DNA from: Chiloscyllium plagiosum
Taxonomy: Eukaryota
DNA length: 64,000 nt
Reading direction: 5' to 3'
NCBI RefSeq assembly: GCF_004010195.1
Contig: NC_057718.1
Span: forward strand, 53,429,413 to 53,493,412
The position numbers and the translations under genes are program-made. The first letter of the stretch is position 1. The number at the start of each line of letters is the position of its first letter. Below the pieces are notes generated by a model. The model ran no database searches and was not told where the DNA came from. It saw only the letters and a program-made list of their open reading frames with translations. Of this stretch, positions 11,414-24,378 are shown one piece after another.

Positions 11414-12883
11414 CTATTGTTTTCTTTGGTGAGAATGTGACATATGTTCATAGATGTACTTTTTTTCCACTAGTCATATTGTTCATGGAAATTAATTGTT
11501 CAACTGGAAGTAAGTCGTACTTGGTACATTCAAATTCTGTCGTTTTTCATGGAAGTCTCTCAGACTCTGGCTTTTGGGCTGAGTTATCCTTGTTTAGTTT
11601 CAAACCTCATCTTAGGCAACAAGTTTTCGCTCCCATTTCTATTCAAGAAAACCTATTGTTTAAAGATCGATTTGAAGTCAATCCTTGAGCACTTTTATAC
11701 TTAATGACAAGTGTACTGGGGGCTCAGTGACCCAGGAGACCTGGGTTCAAGTCCATCTGCTCCAGAGGTGTTTAATAACATCTTCATAACAGATTGATTA
11801 GAAAATATCTACACTTCCAAACTGAGCAACCACACTTTTAATTTGTATTTAGTGGTTGGAAGCTCAAGTGAATGACCCAGCTAATGCATATCACCTGCAA
11901 TTGATTCATACACAATAAATGTACAAACATTACATTTAGGACTGGGCAGAAATAATAGAACTTTACAAGGAAATGGTTTGCTTTAATAAAGTCTACTCTG
12001 TTTCCTTTTGTGGGGATGAAATATTTTCTCTGAGGATTTACAGTCTGTAAAATTCCCTTTCACAGAAAGTAAAGGCATGTGAGTTATTGGATTTATTCAA
12101 TGCTGAGTTTAACAGAGATGTGTTCAAAAGTTATGGGGGTATGAGGGTGTGGGGGTGCAGACAAGAAAGTGGAATTGAGACTGTGAGTGTACTTGTCATT
12201 AACTTAATGAATAATAGACGGTGTTTGAAGAACTGAATGGTTACTGCTCCAGAGTGTATGTCCCTCTGTTGGCCTTACCCCTTTTACACACCCATCACAC
12301 TTTCCTTCCTCCAATCTCACCCCTCTGCCCATCCTAACAACTTGCCCATATACCTGCTTCACCCGTCCAGCCTCCCAGGAATATCCATCTGATCTCCTTA
12401 CCCACTCTGTTCTTCCACACACTCAAATCGCTTATCCATTTAATAATATTCAAATATTTTAAACTTATCACATAGCAGCTCATATTGTGAAAAGGAACCT
12501 GTGTTTTACACATTGATCCTCTTTACAAGTCACTGCATGGATTCCTGCTCTGAGCGACTTATCTAGGCACTGCATCAGAAGTCAGACCCTTTTAGATGTA
12601 ACCAGGTAATTGTGCAATTTTCAGACTAATTAAAATTAGTACCAGGTTCTGACACTGGTCGGAAGTTTCAGTCAATTTATACAGTTACCATGAGGAATAT
12701 TCATTCAGACTCTACTGGAAAACACTGCACAAAGTAACACACTATTATTTAAATTTTGTGGGAGTATCTGCAAACATATTGAGATTTTGCTGACTTGTCT
12801 GAACAAAATGATAATTATGGACTTTTACATCAATTAACTATGTTGTAACAGATTAATTGTAGCTCAAACCATTTCACTCATAC

Positions 12884-13039
12884 TGTATAACACAGCCGTT
12901 AATTTGACTTTATCTTGTAACATGTCATATCTGTAAATCGAAACCAATTGGAGAGTTTTGTACTTTGTTAATTGAGATGATGGAGTGGAGTCTTCTGAAA
13001 TACCGCAGGGCAAAAATTCCAGAGCATCCATTTGAAATT
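12884..13039 (-). CDS. Candidate internal coding exon (156 bp, phase 1 to 1)
   Basis: tcttatttcag|AA FQMDALEFLPCGISEDSTPSSQLTKYKTLQLVSIYRYDMLQDKVKLTAVLY A|gtatga. Only this frame is open across the interval. Confidence 0.27.
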
Positions 13040-14085
13040 CTGAAATAAGATTTGATATGTGCTTTATTTGCCAATTGTCTTGTGGGTGTATTTGACTGAC
13101 GTGAAAAGATTGAGAAATTAGGTATTACTGCATATGAATCCAGGGTTTTGTGAGCTAAGTTGTGTGTTTCAGTCTCATCCTGAAGTCTACCAAGCTGCCA
13201 AATAGGACTTGCAAATGTGTATGGCTCTTGCTTGAAATATGCAGTCGATATCTTGAAATGGGAATCATGGTGCTAACAGATATTGATTGGTATAAATCTA
13301 ATTATGTCTGGGTAGTGCATGGTTTAAAACAACAGTTCTGGCTAAACATGGTTGCAACAGACTGGAAGTGAAGTAGGTGAGTAAGGGTCGGTGCTTGGCT
13401 CACTCAACTGTGGGCTAATTTTAATAAATTATTTTTCAAATAATTTCTCAGAATGATTGCTGCAGGAGCAGCTGGCAGAGGCAGATAAACAAGGTGGCAG
13501 AGCATGGAGTAGTGGCATTAAAGAACATGGCACAATTTTGTATAATCTAACCAACAAGCAAGATGTTATGTCGGGATATCGATTACTGGTGTCTGTGGCA
13601 GAGAAATTGTCAGAAATTATATAAAAATTCAATAATTTTATTGCGACAGGAAGGATAACCCACTATTTTTTTTTCTTCCTGCCCACCAGCCCACTTTTAA
13701 ACTTTACAAATGCCACTTGTCATAGTTGGTCATAATGCACCCTGTTTAAATGACATGAATCTTATTCAGGGTCTTGTACTTTGCTACTGTCCCCAATGAT
13801 AATAATTACATAGATTTACACAGAAGTTTATGGTACAGGTAAATGACAGTGTTTGTGCTGCACATGAGCACCTTACCTCACTATACCGTATGAACATAAT
13901 TCATTCTTTTCTGCCTCATATGTTTCTCTAATTTCCTGCTAAAAACATCTACACTATTTGCCACAGACAACCTATGAGATAAAAAGTTCATCACTCTCTA
14001 AGGAAAATCATTTCTTATAAATTTCTTATTAGACTTATTTGTGTATATCATATACTAATAGGTGTTAATGTATGATCACACAAAA

Positions 14086-14431
14086 GTGGCATAGTGGCTC
14101 AAAGGTTACCAAACATTGTTCATAGCACCAGACACCTAAGTTCAATTCCACCCTTGTGCAACTCTCTTTGTGGAGTTTGGACATTCTCCCCATGTCTGCG
14201 TGGGCTTACCTAGGTGCTCCGGTTTCCTCTCACAGTCCAACTATGTGCAGGTTTGGTAGATTTGCGATGCTAAATTGCCCATTGTGCCCAGGGATAAGTA
14301 GGTTAAGTGAATTACCCACAGCTAGAAAGATTACAGAGATAGGGTAGTGGGGTGGATCTGGGTCGGATGCTCCTCAGAGGGATGTTGTGGACTCGATGGG
14401 CTGAATGTTTCCATACTGTCAGGATTCTATA
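14086..14431 (+). mobile_element. HE1-type SINE, diverged
   Basis: Same architecture as 2879-3230, ending GGATTCTAT. Confidence 0.8.
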
Positions 14432-14721
14432 AGTGGAAACATCTTCTCTACCTCTTCTCTTTTAAATCTTTTTTATAATTAGCTCAATTAGGTCACCTTT
14501 CAGACTTCTAGAGAATTGAATGTCATTGTGTTTAACTTTACTGACAATATCATTCGTATAAAAAATTTTTACATTTTATTATATATGCTTATTGAAACAA
14601 CTGTACAGAGGCCTGTATCCTGTCACCAAGTCACTCTTTATTTACTTGTGCACTGTACACTGGCTGTGACCAGCCAGCTCAGAGTCAGTCCTCTGAACTG
14701 AGGAGACTCTTTTTGTCTGTC

Positions 14722-15105
14722 TTTTTTACTTCATTTTCTTGAACTTTCTTACAAATCCCATACTACAGCCAAACAACAGTAGTGCTTATTTTCCCCAGCA
14801 CCCATGCCGCGTGTGTGCAGGTATTAGACACAGTGAAGAACAACAAACGCAGAAAACTTTATTCATAGTCTACCATCAGGAAGAAAGGAAACACCCGAGT
14901 GGCCAGTGACAAGCAATGCTCTTCTCAGCACAAGGAAATGCCGAAGTAATCAAAAAATAAAATGAGGGGGAGGGCAGAGATTAAATCAAAATAGAATTGG
15001 AGGGGGAAATAAAAACTCCATACCCCGTAGTTCCCACCTCTCCATGAAAATCTCAACGGGTGTTGGTAGGCACCGCATGTTCCTTCTCCAGGGACACCCG
15101 AGCCC
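14722..15105 (-). mobile_element. Tx1-clade LINE extreme 3' fragment
   Basis: ARVSLEKEHAVPTNT, then after a frameshift EIFMERWELRG, resembles a Tx1 ORF2 C-terminus. Followed by a 3' UTR containing AATAAA. Confidence 0.55.
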
Positions 15106-15140
15106 AAATATATCTCCTGATTATTTTTTTCAGGTAGAGA

Positions 15141-16425
15141 TGAGGCCCAGGCAGCAGCAGCGGAGGCAGACCCAGGCAGCAACAGCAACAATCCTGGGTG
15201 TCGGTGGGGTCCAGGCACCAGCAGTGGAGGGAGACCCAAGCATCAGCAGTGGGGGAAGGCCCAGGGGCAACAGCAGTGGGGGCAGGCCCAGGCATCAGCA
15301 GTGGAGGCAGGTCCAGGCACCAGCAGTGGAGGTAGGCTCAGGCACCAGCAGTGGGGGCACGCCCAGGGGCAACAGCAGTGGGGGGCACGCCCAGGGGCAA
15401 CGGGGGCACGCCCAGGGGCAACAGCAGTGGGGGGCACGCCCAGGGGCAACAGCAGTGGGGGCAGGTCCAGGCACCAGCAATGGAGGTAAGCCCAGGCACC
15501 AGCAGTGGGGGCAGGCCCAGGCACCAGCAGTGGGGGCAGGCCCAAACATCAGCAGTGGGGTCAGGTCCAGGCACCAGCAGTGGAATTGGCCCAAACATCA
15601 GCAGTGGGGGCAGGCCCAAGCACCAGTAGTGAAGGCACGTCCAGGCACCAGCTGTGGAGGCACGTCCAGGCACCAGCAGTGGGGGCAGGCCCAGGCACCA
15701 ACAGTGGGGGCAGGCCCAGGCACCAACAGTGGGGGCAGGCCCAGGCACCAACAGTGGGGGCAGGCCCAGGCACCAGCAGTGGAATTGGCCCAAACATCAG
15801 CAGTGGAATTGGCCCAAACATCAGCAGTGGAATTGGCCCAAACATCAGCAGTGGGGGCAGGCCCAGGCACCAGCAGTGAAGGCAGGTCCAGGCACCAGCT
15901 GTGGAGGCACGTCCAGGCACCAGCAGTGGGGGCAGGCCCAGGCACCAGCAGTGGGGGCAGGCCCAGGCATCAGCAGTGGGGCAGGTCCAGGCACCAGCTG
16001 TGGAGGCACGTCCAGGCACCAGCTGTGGAGGCACGTCCAGGCACCAGCAGTGGGGGCAGGCCCAGGCATCAGCAGTGGGGGCAGGTCCAAGCACCAGCAG
16101 TGGGGGCAGGCCCAAGCACCAACAGTGGGGGCAGGCCCAAGCACCAGCAGTTGGGGCAAGCCCAGGCACCAGCAGTGGAATTGGCCCAAACATCAGCAGT
16201 GGGGGCAGGCCCAGGCACCAGCAGTGAAGGCAGGTCCAGGCACCAGCTGTGGAGGCAGGTCCAGGCACCAGCAGTGGAGGCAGGTCCAGGCACCAGCAGT
16301 GGAGGCAGGTCCAGGCACCAACAGTGGAGGCAGGCCTAAGCACCAGCAGTGGGGGCAGGCCCAGGCATCAGCAGTGGGGCAGGCCCAGGCATCAGCAGTG
16401 GGGCAGGCCCAGGCATCAGCAGTGG
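15141..16425. repeat. GC-rich minisatellite, 25-bp unit GGGGGCAGGCCCAGGCACCAGCAGT, about 50 copies
   Basis: Directly visible tandem array with interspersed variants GGAGGCACGTCCAGGCACCAGCTGT and the 24-bp GGAATTGGCCCAAACATCAGCAGT. Confidence 0.95.
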
Positions 16426-17307
16426 AGTTTCCTGGAAACAGTATATGGTCAGCTCGGACTCCCTGATTGTCCCAGGTTAACAACCTCACCAAGGATCTCG
16501 TAGCCAATAAGATCTGCCTGGTTCTAATCAGTACATTTACTTAGATTATCCATGCTTTGATATCTTTTTTGTCATAAGGAAATCAGAATTATGCAGAGTA
16601 CTCCAAGTTTGGTCCACCAGGAATCTTTTGTTCATAGTAACTCCCTGACCAAGAAACCAAGAACCTAGCAGCTGACAGCATTGGCTTGGAAGTCATGTCC
16701 TTTTTTATAGCAGTCAGCATGCTGTGTTCTATCATTTAAAGAGGAAAAATTGGATGTCGGGATTGTTAGGTCTGCTAGTGGAGGAGTGTGAGGTAGCTGG
16801 TAGTGACATTGAGGTGGAAGGAAGAGGTGGCTTGTTGCTGTGAGTGGGTCTGAGAGTGAATTGTTGGATTCGGGAGATGAATGGTTGAAGAGGAATCAAG
16901 TCTGAAAGGTCAGGCCAGCGGTGGGGAGTGTGGGGGTTTAGTCCATGGGATGTCGGGTCCTAGGAAGACAGAAAAGGTGAAATTATTTTGAGTGGGTAGT
17001 TTGATTGAGAGGGGTAGTGGTCAGGGTCCAGGCAACGTATGGGATGAAGGATAGCCATGTCAGTGTAGCAGTGAGTAGTGAGCCTAGCCATAAAAGTTAT
17101 GCAGGATTTTGAATTTCCAACATTAATGGATTGTTTTGGACAGTTACGGGTGCAGGGGTATTGCCTATATGAATCTTCAATTTCCTGGGCAATTATACAC
17201 AGTCAGCTGCATCTAGTATTCTGCATGGTCCCAGTATGCACCTCCAGAAATAACTATGGCCATTGGAATATCTAGGCTGATGTGTTTTCTATTGCTGGAG
17301 AAGAATG

Positions 17308-17650
17308 TGCTGATTGGTTGTCAAGTGGATTCTGATCGGTAAAGGCATTGTCTAGGAGAATGCAGCAGTTAGATAATGACTGACAGTTAACCACCAAGCT
17401 TTGTTTAAGTTCAAACCAACCAAGTTCACTATAAACATATGTGAAGAATGTGTTTACTTCAAATGAGCAAAATCGTAGATACCCATTGTCTGGTTTATTC
17501 CTCTGGTCAATATCTTAAACAATTTAAGTTGGCCTATCTGGTTTAAATTTAAACTAAGATTGGCTGCTAACTATCAGTCATCATTTAATTTATGCATTCT
17601 CTAGGACAGCACCTTCACCAATCAGATTCCAACTTGCCAACTAGTCAGCA
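17308..17650. repeat. Degenerate inverted repeat (MITE-like), arms ~17308-17418 and ~17539-17650
   Basis: TGCTGATTGGTTGTCAAGTGGATTCTGAT...GACTGACAGTTA...AAACCA aligns to the reverse complement of TGGTTT...TAACTATCAGTC...ATCAGATTCCAACTTGCCAACTAGTCAGCA. Confidence 0.7.
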
Positions 17651-17764
17651 TGCTTTTCCTCATGAAAATGTTATTCCCTTTCATCCACATTAATTGCAAA
17701 TTGTTCCAATAAGCGCAAGATAAAACCACTTTACCAGAGTGTGAATTTTATGGCTTACTAATAA

Positions 17765-17990
17765 CAAAACCATCCATTGACCATTAACCTTTGCTTCCCA
17801 TCATAGATTCAATCTTGGATCAAACTTGTCACTGTCCCTTGGATTCCATAAGTTTTTAATCTTCTGACCAGTCTTCCTTGAGGACAATTTGTCAAAGACC
17901 TTGCTAAAATCATGAAGATTACGTTAAATGCATTATCTTCATAAATCTCTGTTATCTCATCCAAAATGTTGTTAGTCAGAAACAACCTCA
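17765..17990 (-). mobile_element. Old CR1 RT fragment
   Basis: LTNNILDEIT...NVIFMILARSLTNCPQGRLVRRLKTYGIQG corresponds to the CR1 DFxKAFDKVPHxRLxxKLxxxGI region. Confidence 0.65.
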
Positions 17991-20989
17991 AAAGGAGATC
18001 AGACCAAGTTAAAGAGATTGGTCAAAGCACAACAGTGACTAACCCTGTCAAGTTCTAGATTTTGGGAAAGCGGAATGGAATGTAAATCTGACAGGAACAA
18101 ACCTGGGGGGTTCTGAGTTGTATAGTAATAGATTTAACATCAGAGATATGCCTGATGGTTCTCTATGACTGATTTCAGATTTACTGAAAGAAGAAGAATG
18201 TATAACTTCATGTGAAGATATATTATATATGAAAAAAGATCAAGTGGTAAACAGGATTTTGTACATAAAAAGATCATGGCTCATACTTTGAGAGGCTAAG
18301 AAGTCCTAAACCAGATTGTTATTAAACAGAAGACTGCTCCCTGCATTCCGTCCCTTTTAAATGTGAGTTTTGCTGGAGCATATGAGGGCTTGCAGTGAGG
18401 TGCAAGGTCAGGAGGAAGAGGTCAGCCCCTCTAATCCAGCAGATGTGAATGCAAATGAATAAGTTAGAAGTAACAATAACCAAATTCGAGATGGTACATG
18501 ACATCTGAGAGGCATAAGACCTCTTAAGGCATCAAATCCAGCACCCTGACCTGTTTCTGCAGAGCATACCTCAGGGCAACATACCTTACATCTCCACTCA
18601 GGTGTCTCTCTCCCGATACCCCTCTGAACAGTAACAGTAACACTCACACTCCTTCTTTTGCCCAAGACTCAATGGAATCCTTCAAAAATGCTGTCATTCT
18701 CTCTTGGCCATACATAGGCTTCCCTGCATGCTTGTTTTAGTGAAGAAGCTATTGTGTATATGACTCTATGACCTTCGGGATTTTCTAACAGGTCAAATAT
18801 CAGGTTTCCTGATGGGGATATGAATATGTGAGGGTTTAAAAAACAATTCTTTATTGATTTTTAAATAAGGTCTCCACAGATTCTCCATAAGGGATTCTCC
18901 ATACACCTTTAATGTTGCCCTGAGAAAACCAGAGAAGAATGGACAGTGTCAAAGTGGGAATTTGTCTCTCCACCATCATTCAATAAGACCACCACTTGCC
19001 TGGAAAAACATCCTTCCTGGAAGTTAACAACCACAGACCCTCATTATAACATCTATTGATGACGATACATGGGATGCAGTGGCTGGAAAAGTCAAAATAA
19101 GGAAGGAATTTTCCTGGAGTATTCTTTTCACAGAAATGGCTGCTGTTTGATTTTTTCTTGCCAAAAAAAAAGAACTTGCCCTAATGATGCATCACAAATA
19201 TGTTGAAAACAATGAGACAATTCACCGCCCATCCTAAACATAGCAGCTAGTACAACACCACCCCCACAACTGCCCTTCAGGTATCTCCTGCCTAATAAAA
19301 GCACCGATGCACAATGAGAGCTCTTGTACTGTTTTGCATAATGTCTTATTTATTGCACCTCATTGGAACACTGGTGCTATATTTAGCTCAGCTGTACTGA
19401 ATCCAGCAGTTTAATATCAACACAATGTTTACGACAGCTGTTAGTTGTTTTTTTAAAATTAACGTAATGAGAATATAATGAGTGGTTTCTTACTAAGCTT
19501 TTTTTTCTGATTGCTAAATGTTTCTTGGTTGTAATAAATTGTTGCTGGATAGAATGCCTTTGTCATGACAAATCTGCAAGGGTATTTCCATTTTCATTTG
19601 ACTTCCCTTATGTTTGCCAACTGTGGCAATTCTTCACAGGATAGGAAGCAAAAGTATCAGGTACAAAAGGAAGAAAGATGTAATTGCTCATTCTTCTATG
19701 TAATGATATTTCAAGAATGTTACTGAAAATTGCTGACTGTATTAGTGTCGCATAGATTGGAAGCAAAGTCAGCAGCTGTTGCAGATGCTGATGGCGGCAA
19801 CAGCGCTATTTGTCAAAATGAGATTGTTTTTGCAATCTACCATTATGCGACAATGTATGAAATTTTCCCTGTGCAACAAATCTCAGTATGATTGTATGAA
19901 TAATTCAATTACATGTAGAGCAAAATAGCCACCATTCTTTGGATACCGTTAACTGTACAAGTATGATGCTGGTCATTGGCAGTAGCACTAAAATACCTTC
20001 AATAGAAAACTAAATTAGGCAACGTATAAATTGAGCAGGTGACACAGTTGTATTGTTGAAGATGAATTTCAAAACCCAGTATGTTTTTAATTTTAAAGAA
20101 AAAAATTCTGATCTGATTTCAATTGGTTGCCCAATCATGGAACGAAAAGGAAAGACCCATTCTAAGCTTCATGGTCAGACTGCCAGGCATTTCAATGTAG
20201 GTTATGCACACATTAGGCTATTTGAATTACCATGCCTGTGTGATGCTCAAAACCTTTCAAGGAATCTCGCACTTGAAAAGGAATATCAGGTGCAATGCAT
20301 TATGTGGCACGTTGCTATTCATTCTGCACTTTGCCTTTCAAGAGAGAATAAGCCAATGTATTCTGTAACTAGGAATTCTTCTCAAGGTATTGTTGTTATG
20401 GACAGCAGCTCCTCAGCCTCTCCGCTAATGTCCCCAGAAGCTCCATTACAGATCAGTGTCCTCAACTTGTATGGGATCTGCTCAGCATGCCAGGCTCTCT
20501 GGGTCTCAGACAGCTAGAGGACAGCTGCCAACATCATCCCAAGCAGAAGCTGCCTCCATTCCAACTGTCAATAGGAACCGATAGAAGCATTTAGGAATAC
20601 TTAAAAGAAATTACCTGATGCATTAACCATTCATTTATTAAGTTATCCTAGAGTGGTTCTAATACATCTGTTTCTTGTTACAAATGTAAAATATTTCTGG
20701 CGTTATTGCTGCTTTGTCAGATTCACTCACACCCTTGCTCCTTCTGTGGACTCACAGTGTTGGCATTGTCTGAGTTCAGTCATCTCCTCTGACATGTCAA
20801 TACACTCAGAGAAGCTGGATCCGAGATGATGGTATGCAGTCACTTTTTGTGGCTGATTTTGAAAGGGCAACATGGCTGCAGGAAACTAGCTTAAATGAGA
20901 TTCATACCCCCTTGACTCTGAGGCTCAGCAGCCTCCTCCACATCCTCATCAATGCATGAAGTATGCTAATCATTTATGTACTCTTTATA

Positions 20990-21250
20990 CTGTGTTCCGT
21001 CTCCCACCTCTGTTGTGTCAGGATAAGCATAGTGCAACAGTCCACAATACAACAAGCTATTGTTGAGGCACATAGAAAACATTGACCAAGTTGATGTGAG
21101 CATCTGAATCTTCTTACTATGGGGATGTCAAGGCCTTAGTCTCTTTTTTTGCCATGAACAGGTAGTGTACTTTGTTCAGATAAAATGCATGGGTTTCTCA
21201 CCAGCATTAACAGCTGTGTCTTCAGTGGGTAACCTTGTGACCACAAGGAT
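20990..21250 (-). pseudogene. Degenerate Harbinger (HARBI1-like) DDE transposase C-terminal fragment
   Basis: QGYPLKTQLLMLVRNP matches the GYPLxxWLMTPxRNP motif. It is followed by RRFRCS and IVDCC-like segments. Confidence 0.55.
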
Positions 21251-21784
21251 CTGTCTGTGAAAGTGTATAGATGTTTGGACCAGCTGTGGGACCTTAGATT
21301 ATTGAAGTATGTCGTAAATATTGTCACCAGCTATGGAATCAGAAATGTACTTGCAGAAATCTCTTTTGATGCTTACAGATCCGTTCAACATTGATGGAAT
21401 ACATTCCCTTCCTGTTTATGATGTCCGCTGACTACTCGTGTGGAACCACCTGATGACACACATGTCATGCCTTGAATCAGGGGAAGTCCTATGCCAAAAC
21501 TAATGGAGCGGTCTATCTATCGAGATTATTCTGGTAGTGCACAGTCGCTAGTCGTCCTAAACCAGAGATTGGTCACCTCTAAGAAATAACAATGAACTGT
21601 TGCCTGGGAGACCCCAGATATGTCTCTAATGGTTACCTGGAAAGAGCCAGATGTATGAAAATCCAATACAATGCTATCTTCAAGGCTACAGGCATTGGTG
21701 TTCACCTAGATCAATGGGTCACACTCAGCCTCCAGTATAGTGCACAAAGCATTCTTTGTTGATACTTTTGCTCTGCAGGTAATC

Positions 21785-22390
21785 TAGTTGAGAATGCTAC
21801 TCTCTTCATTGTGGTTTACCTTCTTGGAGTGGGGGATCTGTTGCCAGCTCTATACATCCTCCTGCCGTTTGTCTAGCCAGAGACTGGCCGTCTTGCTGCT
21901 CCTGCTCCTGCAGCAGTGCCTCTGGAGCCTGGTCCTCCCCCTCTCTGTTGCTCTCCTCTTCCACAAGTGGGTGTAGGAAGACTGGGCCTCATGGCCATTA
22001 CTCCTCTTGTGTGCTGCCTTTAGAGTGTACTTCTGCTGATATGGCCTTCTTATTACTCCTGTTGAACTAGTGGTATTGTTTCTCTGTGATCTTTGCCACC
22101 AATGATGCTCCACCTTTAAAAAGCCTACTTCAGAAGCTGAGCTCTGTTCCCCTTGTTTCCATTTTAGATCCACCGGGAATCAGGCAGCCACCTCATTATG
22201 GCTGTCTCTGTTCCTACAGCCTCACCTCAGTGATTACAATTTCAACTTAATTTCTTCATTTTTCTCCCTTAATATTCTACATTTTGGTTTAATTTTCTGT
22301 GTTTTCAGACAGAGAGAAGTAACACTGTACAACATTTTTCTTCGTAATAAGACATACATGACAATAAGTAAATCAAATAAATTAAATCCA
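21785..22390 (+). mobile_element. Non-coding interspersed element with a Rex1-like tail
   Basis: Ends ACACTGTACAAC...ACATGACAATAAGTAAATCAAAT, similar to the tails at ~9555-9611 and of the Rex1 copy at 1393. The 5' boundary is uncertain. Confidence 0.35.
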
Positions 22391-22445
22391 CTGGGTCAGG
22401 TATCTGAAGGGCCATGATCACCATGTGCTGATTCTGCATAAAATT

Positions 22446-22905
22446 GGAGTGGCACGGTGGCTCAGTGGTTAGTACTGCTGCCTCATAGCACCAGGGTCCC
22501 AGGTTCGATTCCAGCTTCGGGTAACTGCCTGTGTCTGCGTGGGTTTCCTCCGGGTGCTCCGGTTTCCTCCCACAGTGGAAAGTGAGGACTGAAGATCAGG
22601 GAGGAAGACAGCTTCTTCAAGGAAGGCATCCTTGCAATAGATTCCTGAAGAAGGGCTCATGCCCGAAACGTCAATTCTCCTGCTCCTTGGATGCTGCCTG
22701 ACCTGCTGCGCTTTTCCAGCAACACATTTTCAGCTCTTTCCTCCCACAGTCCAAAGATGTGCAGGTCAGGTGAATTGGCCATGCTAAATTGCCCATCATG
22801 TTAGGTGCATTAGTCAGAGGGAAATGGGTCGAGGTGGGTCATTCTTCAGAGGGTCAATGTAGACTGGTTGGGCTGAAGGGCCTGTTTCCATACTGTAGAG
22901 AATCT
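22446..22905 (+). mobile_element. HE1-type SINE split by a PLE-derived insert
   Basis: A-box TGGCTCAGTGGTTAG and B-box GGTTCGATTCC. The SINE sequence resumes at 22737. Confidence 0.9.
22577..22736 (+). mobile_element. PLE-terminus mini-insert with a hammerhead core and 14-bp TSD
   Basis: TSD TTTCCTCCCACAGT at 22563-22576 and 22737-22750. Core CTGAAGA-A-GGGC-TCAT-GCCC-GAAA-CGTC at 22645-22672. Confidence 0.85.
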
Positions 22906-24154
22906 TTAAAAAAATCCCAGTCTGTTATCTGCAAGTCCATGTAAAGTATATTTTTCAAAGTAACTGTTGCAGCCCAGCATCTCATCATATCAATGAAACT
23001 GGAAAGCCCCCACTAAGTGTAAAAGGGGGAACTGACAAGGCAATACTAGGCTTCTGGAGAAACCAAATTTCTTCTGGCTTTTCAGCTGCCCCTTAGTCTT
23101 CTATTCTGCTCTTGAAAGCCCACTGAAAGTTCAGCTCTGCGCTTGACCTTAATTTGGAACAATCACATTTCTAAGCCAACAGGTTAAACATTTCAGATAA
23201 ATCCAATTTATTGATATGTTTGTGAGGCAATTTTGTACATTATAAATGTAATTGGATGTATAAAATGCCAGTTAAGGCCAAGTGTAATGTGATAACCATC
23301 TCCACAAATCACCTATAAATGTAAGTTGCATTTTTAAATTAGAGAGATTATTATTGCAAAGTAACTAAGCAAATTTCTCAAGTAAGTTAACGAAGATGTA
23401 CGTCACTCCTTTACTAAACAAGGTTTAATTATCCAGCTGTAAAACCATTTAATTAGAATCAAAAAAACTATTGTGCCTTTGTCTGCTGGTTTAATTTTTA
23501 AAAACTACCTCATTTCTAATGTCTACAGTTAATAGTGGGAATGTTGAAGGATCAACTTTATCACTGGAAATACAATGTTAGCAAATCCAATTGGTCCTGA
23601 AACTTAAGGTGAACGCAACATCATGAAAGGTCTGAATGACTACATCTTCCAAGACTTGAAGAACATGTTGTTTTCAAATACAAATATCTCAAAAGTAAAT
23701 GAGGAGAAACTTGAACAGAGGTCAAATGGGAACAAACTAAGTAAATATATTGGGCTAAATGTTCTTGTACCAGACTGACAAGGGAGATCAAGGGGGAAAT
23801 TTGAGAGACATGTGAGAGTCATTAGGCATTGATAGTTATCAACATATTTGAAACAAGCTAATGAAATGCCAACATTCAAAAAGAATGACAAAGCAGGCAG
23901 GCAGCAAAACTATTATATTTACATTTCGTATATCATTTTGGCTAGACTTTTATTCTTGAATAACGCTCTGCCTATTAATATTCAATGTCACTAAGGAATA
24001 AATTGGACAGTGATGTCTGGGCTAAATATTCCTTCAATCTTCCCCATGCTGTTATATCCTGTTTATAGTATAGTGATCAGAACTGCACATAGAACTCCAA
24101 GCACGATCTAACCAAGGAGGAAGGCCCTTCAAAACTTGTCTACTTTCAGATCAA

Positions 24155-24378
24155 CTAGGAGAAAGTGAGGACTGCAGATGCTGGAGATCAGAGCTGAAGA
24201 ATGTGTTGCTGGAAAAGTGCAGCAGGTCAGGCAGCATCCAAGGAGCAGGAGAATCGACATTGCGGGCATAAGCCCTTCATCAGGAATCCTGAAGAAGGGT
24301 TTATGCCCGAAACATTGGTTCTCCTGCTCCTTGGATGCTGCCTGACCTGCTGCGCTTTTCCAGCAACACATTTTTCAG
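24155..24378. mobile_element. Fold-back PLE-terminus mini-element with 15-bp TSD
   Basis: Inverted arms around an apex at ~24286. TSD CTACTTTCAGATCAA at 24140-24154 and 24379-24393. Hammerhead cores are partly mutated. Confidence 0.85.

Noticed and set aside
15141..16425. CRISPR-like array
   Set aside because: Units are contiguous without unique spacers, the context is eukaryotic, and there are no cas genes.
15044..16507. Long ORFs (up to 431 aa) on both strands
   Set aside because: Produced by a stop-free 25-bp minisatellite. The unit is not a multiple of three, and overlapping frames encode the same cycling peptides.
20053..20517. 154-aa plus-strand ORF
   Set aside because: Non-ATG start, no recognisable motif, and it lies near degraded transposon sequence.
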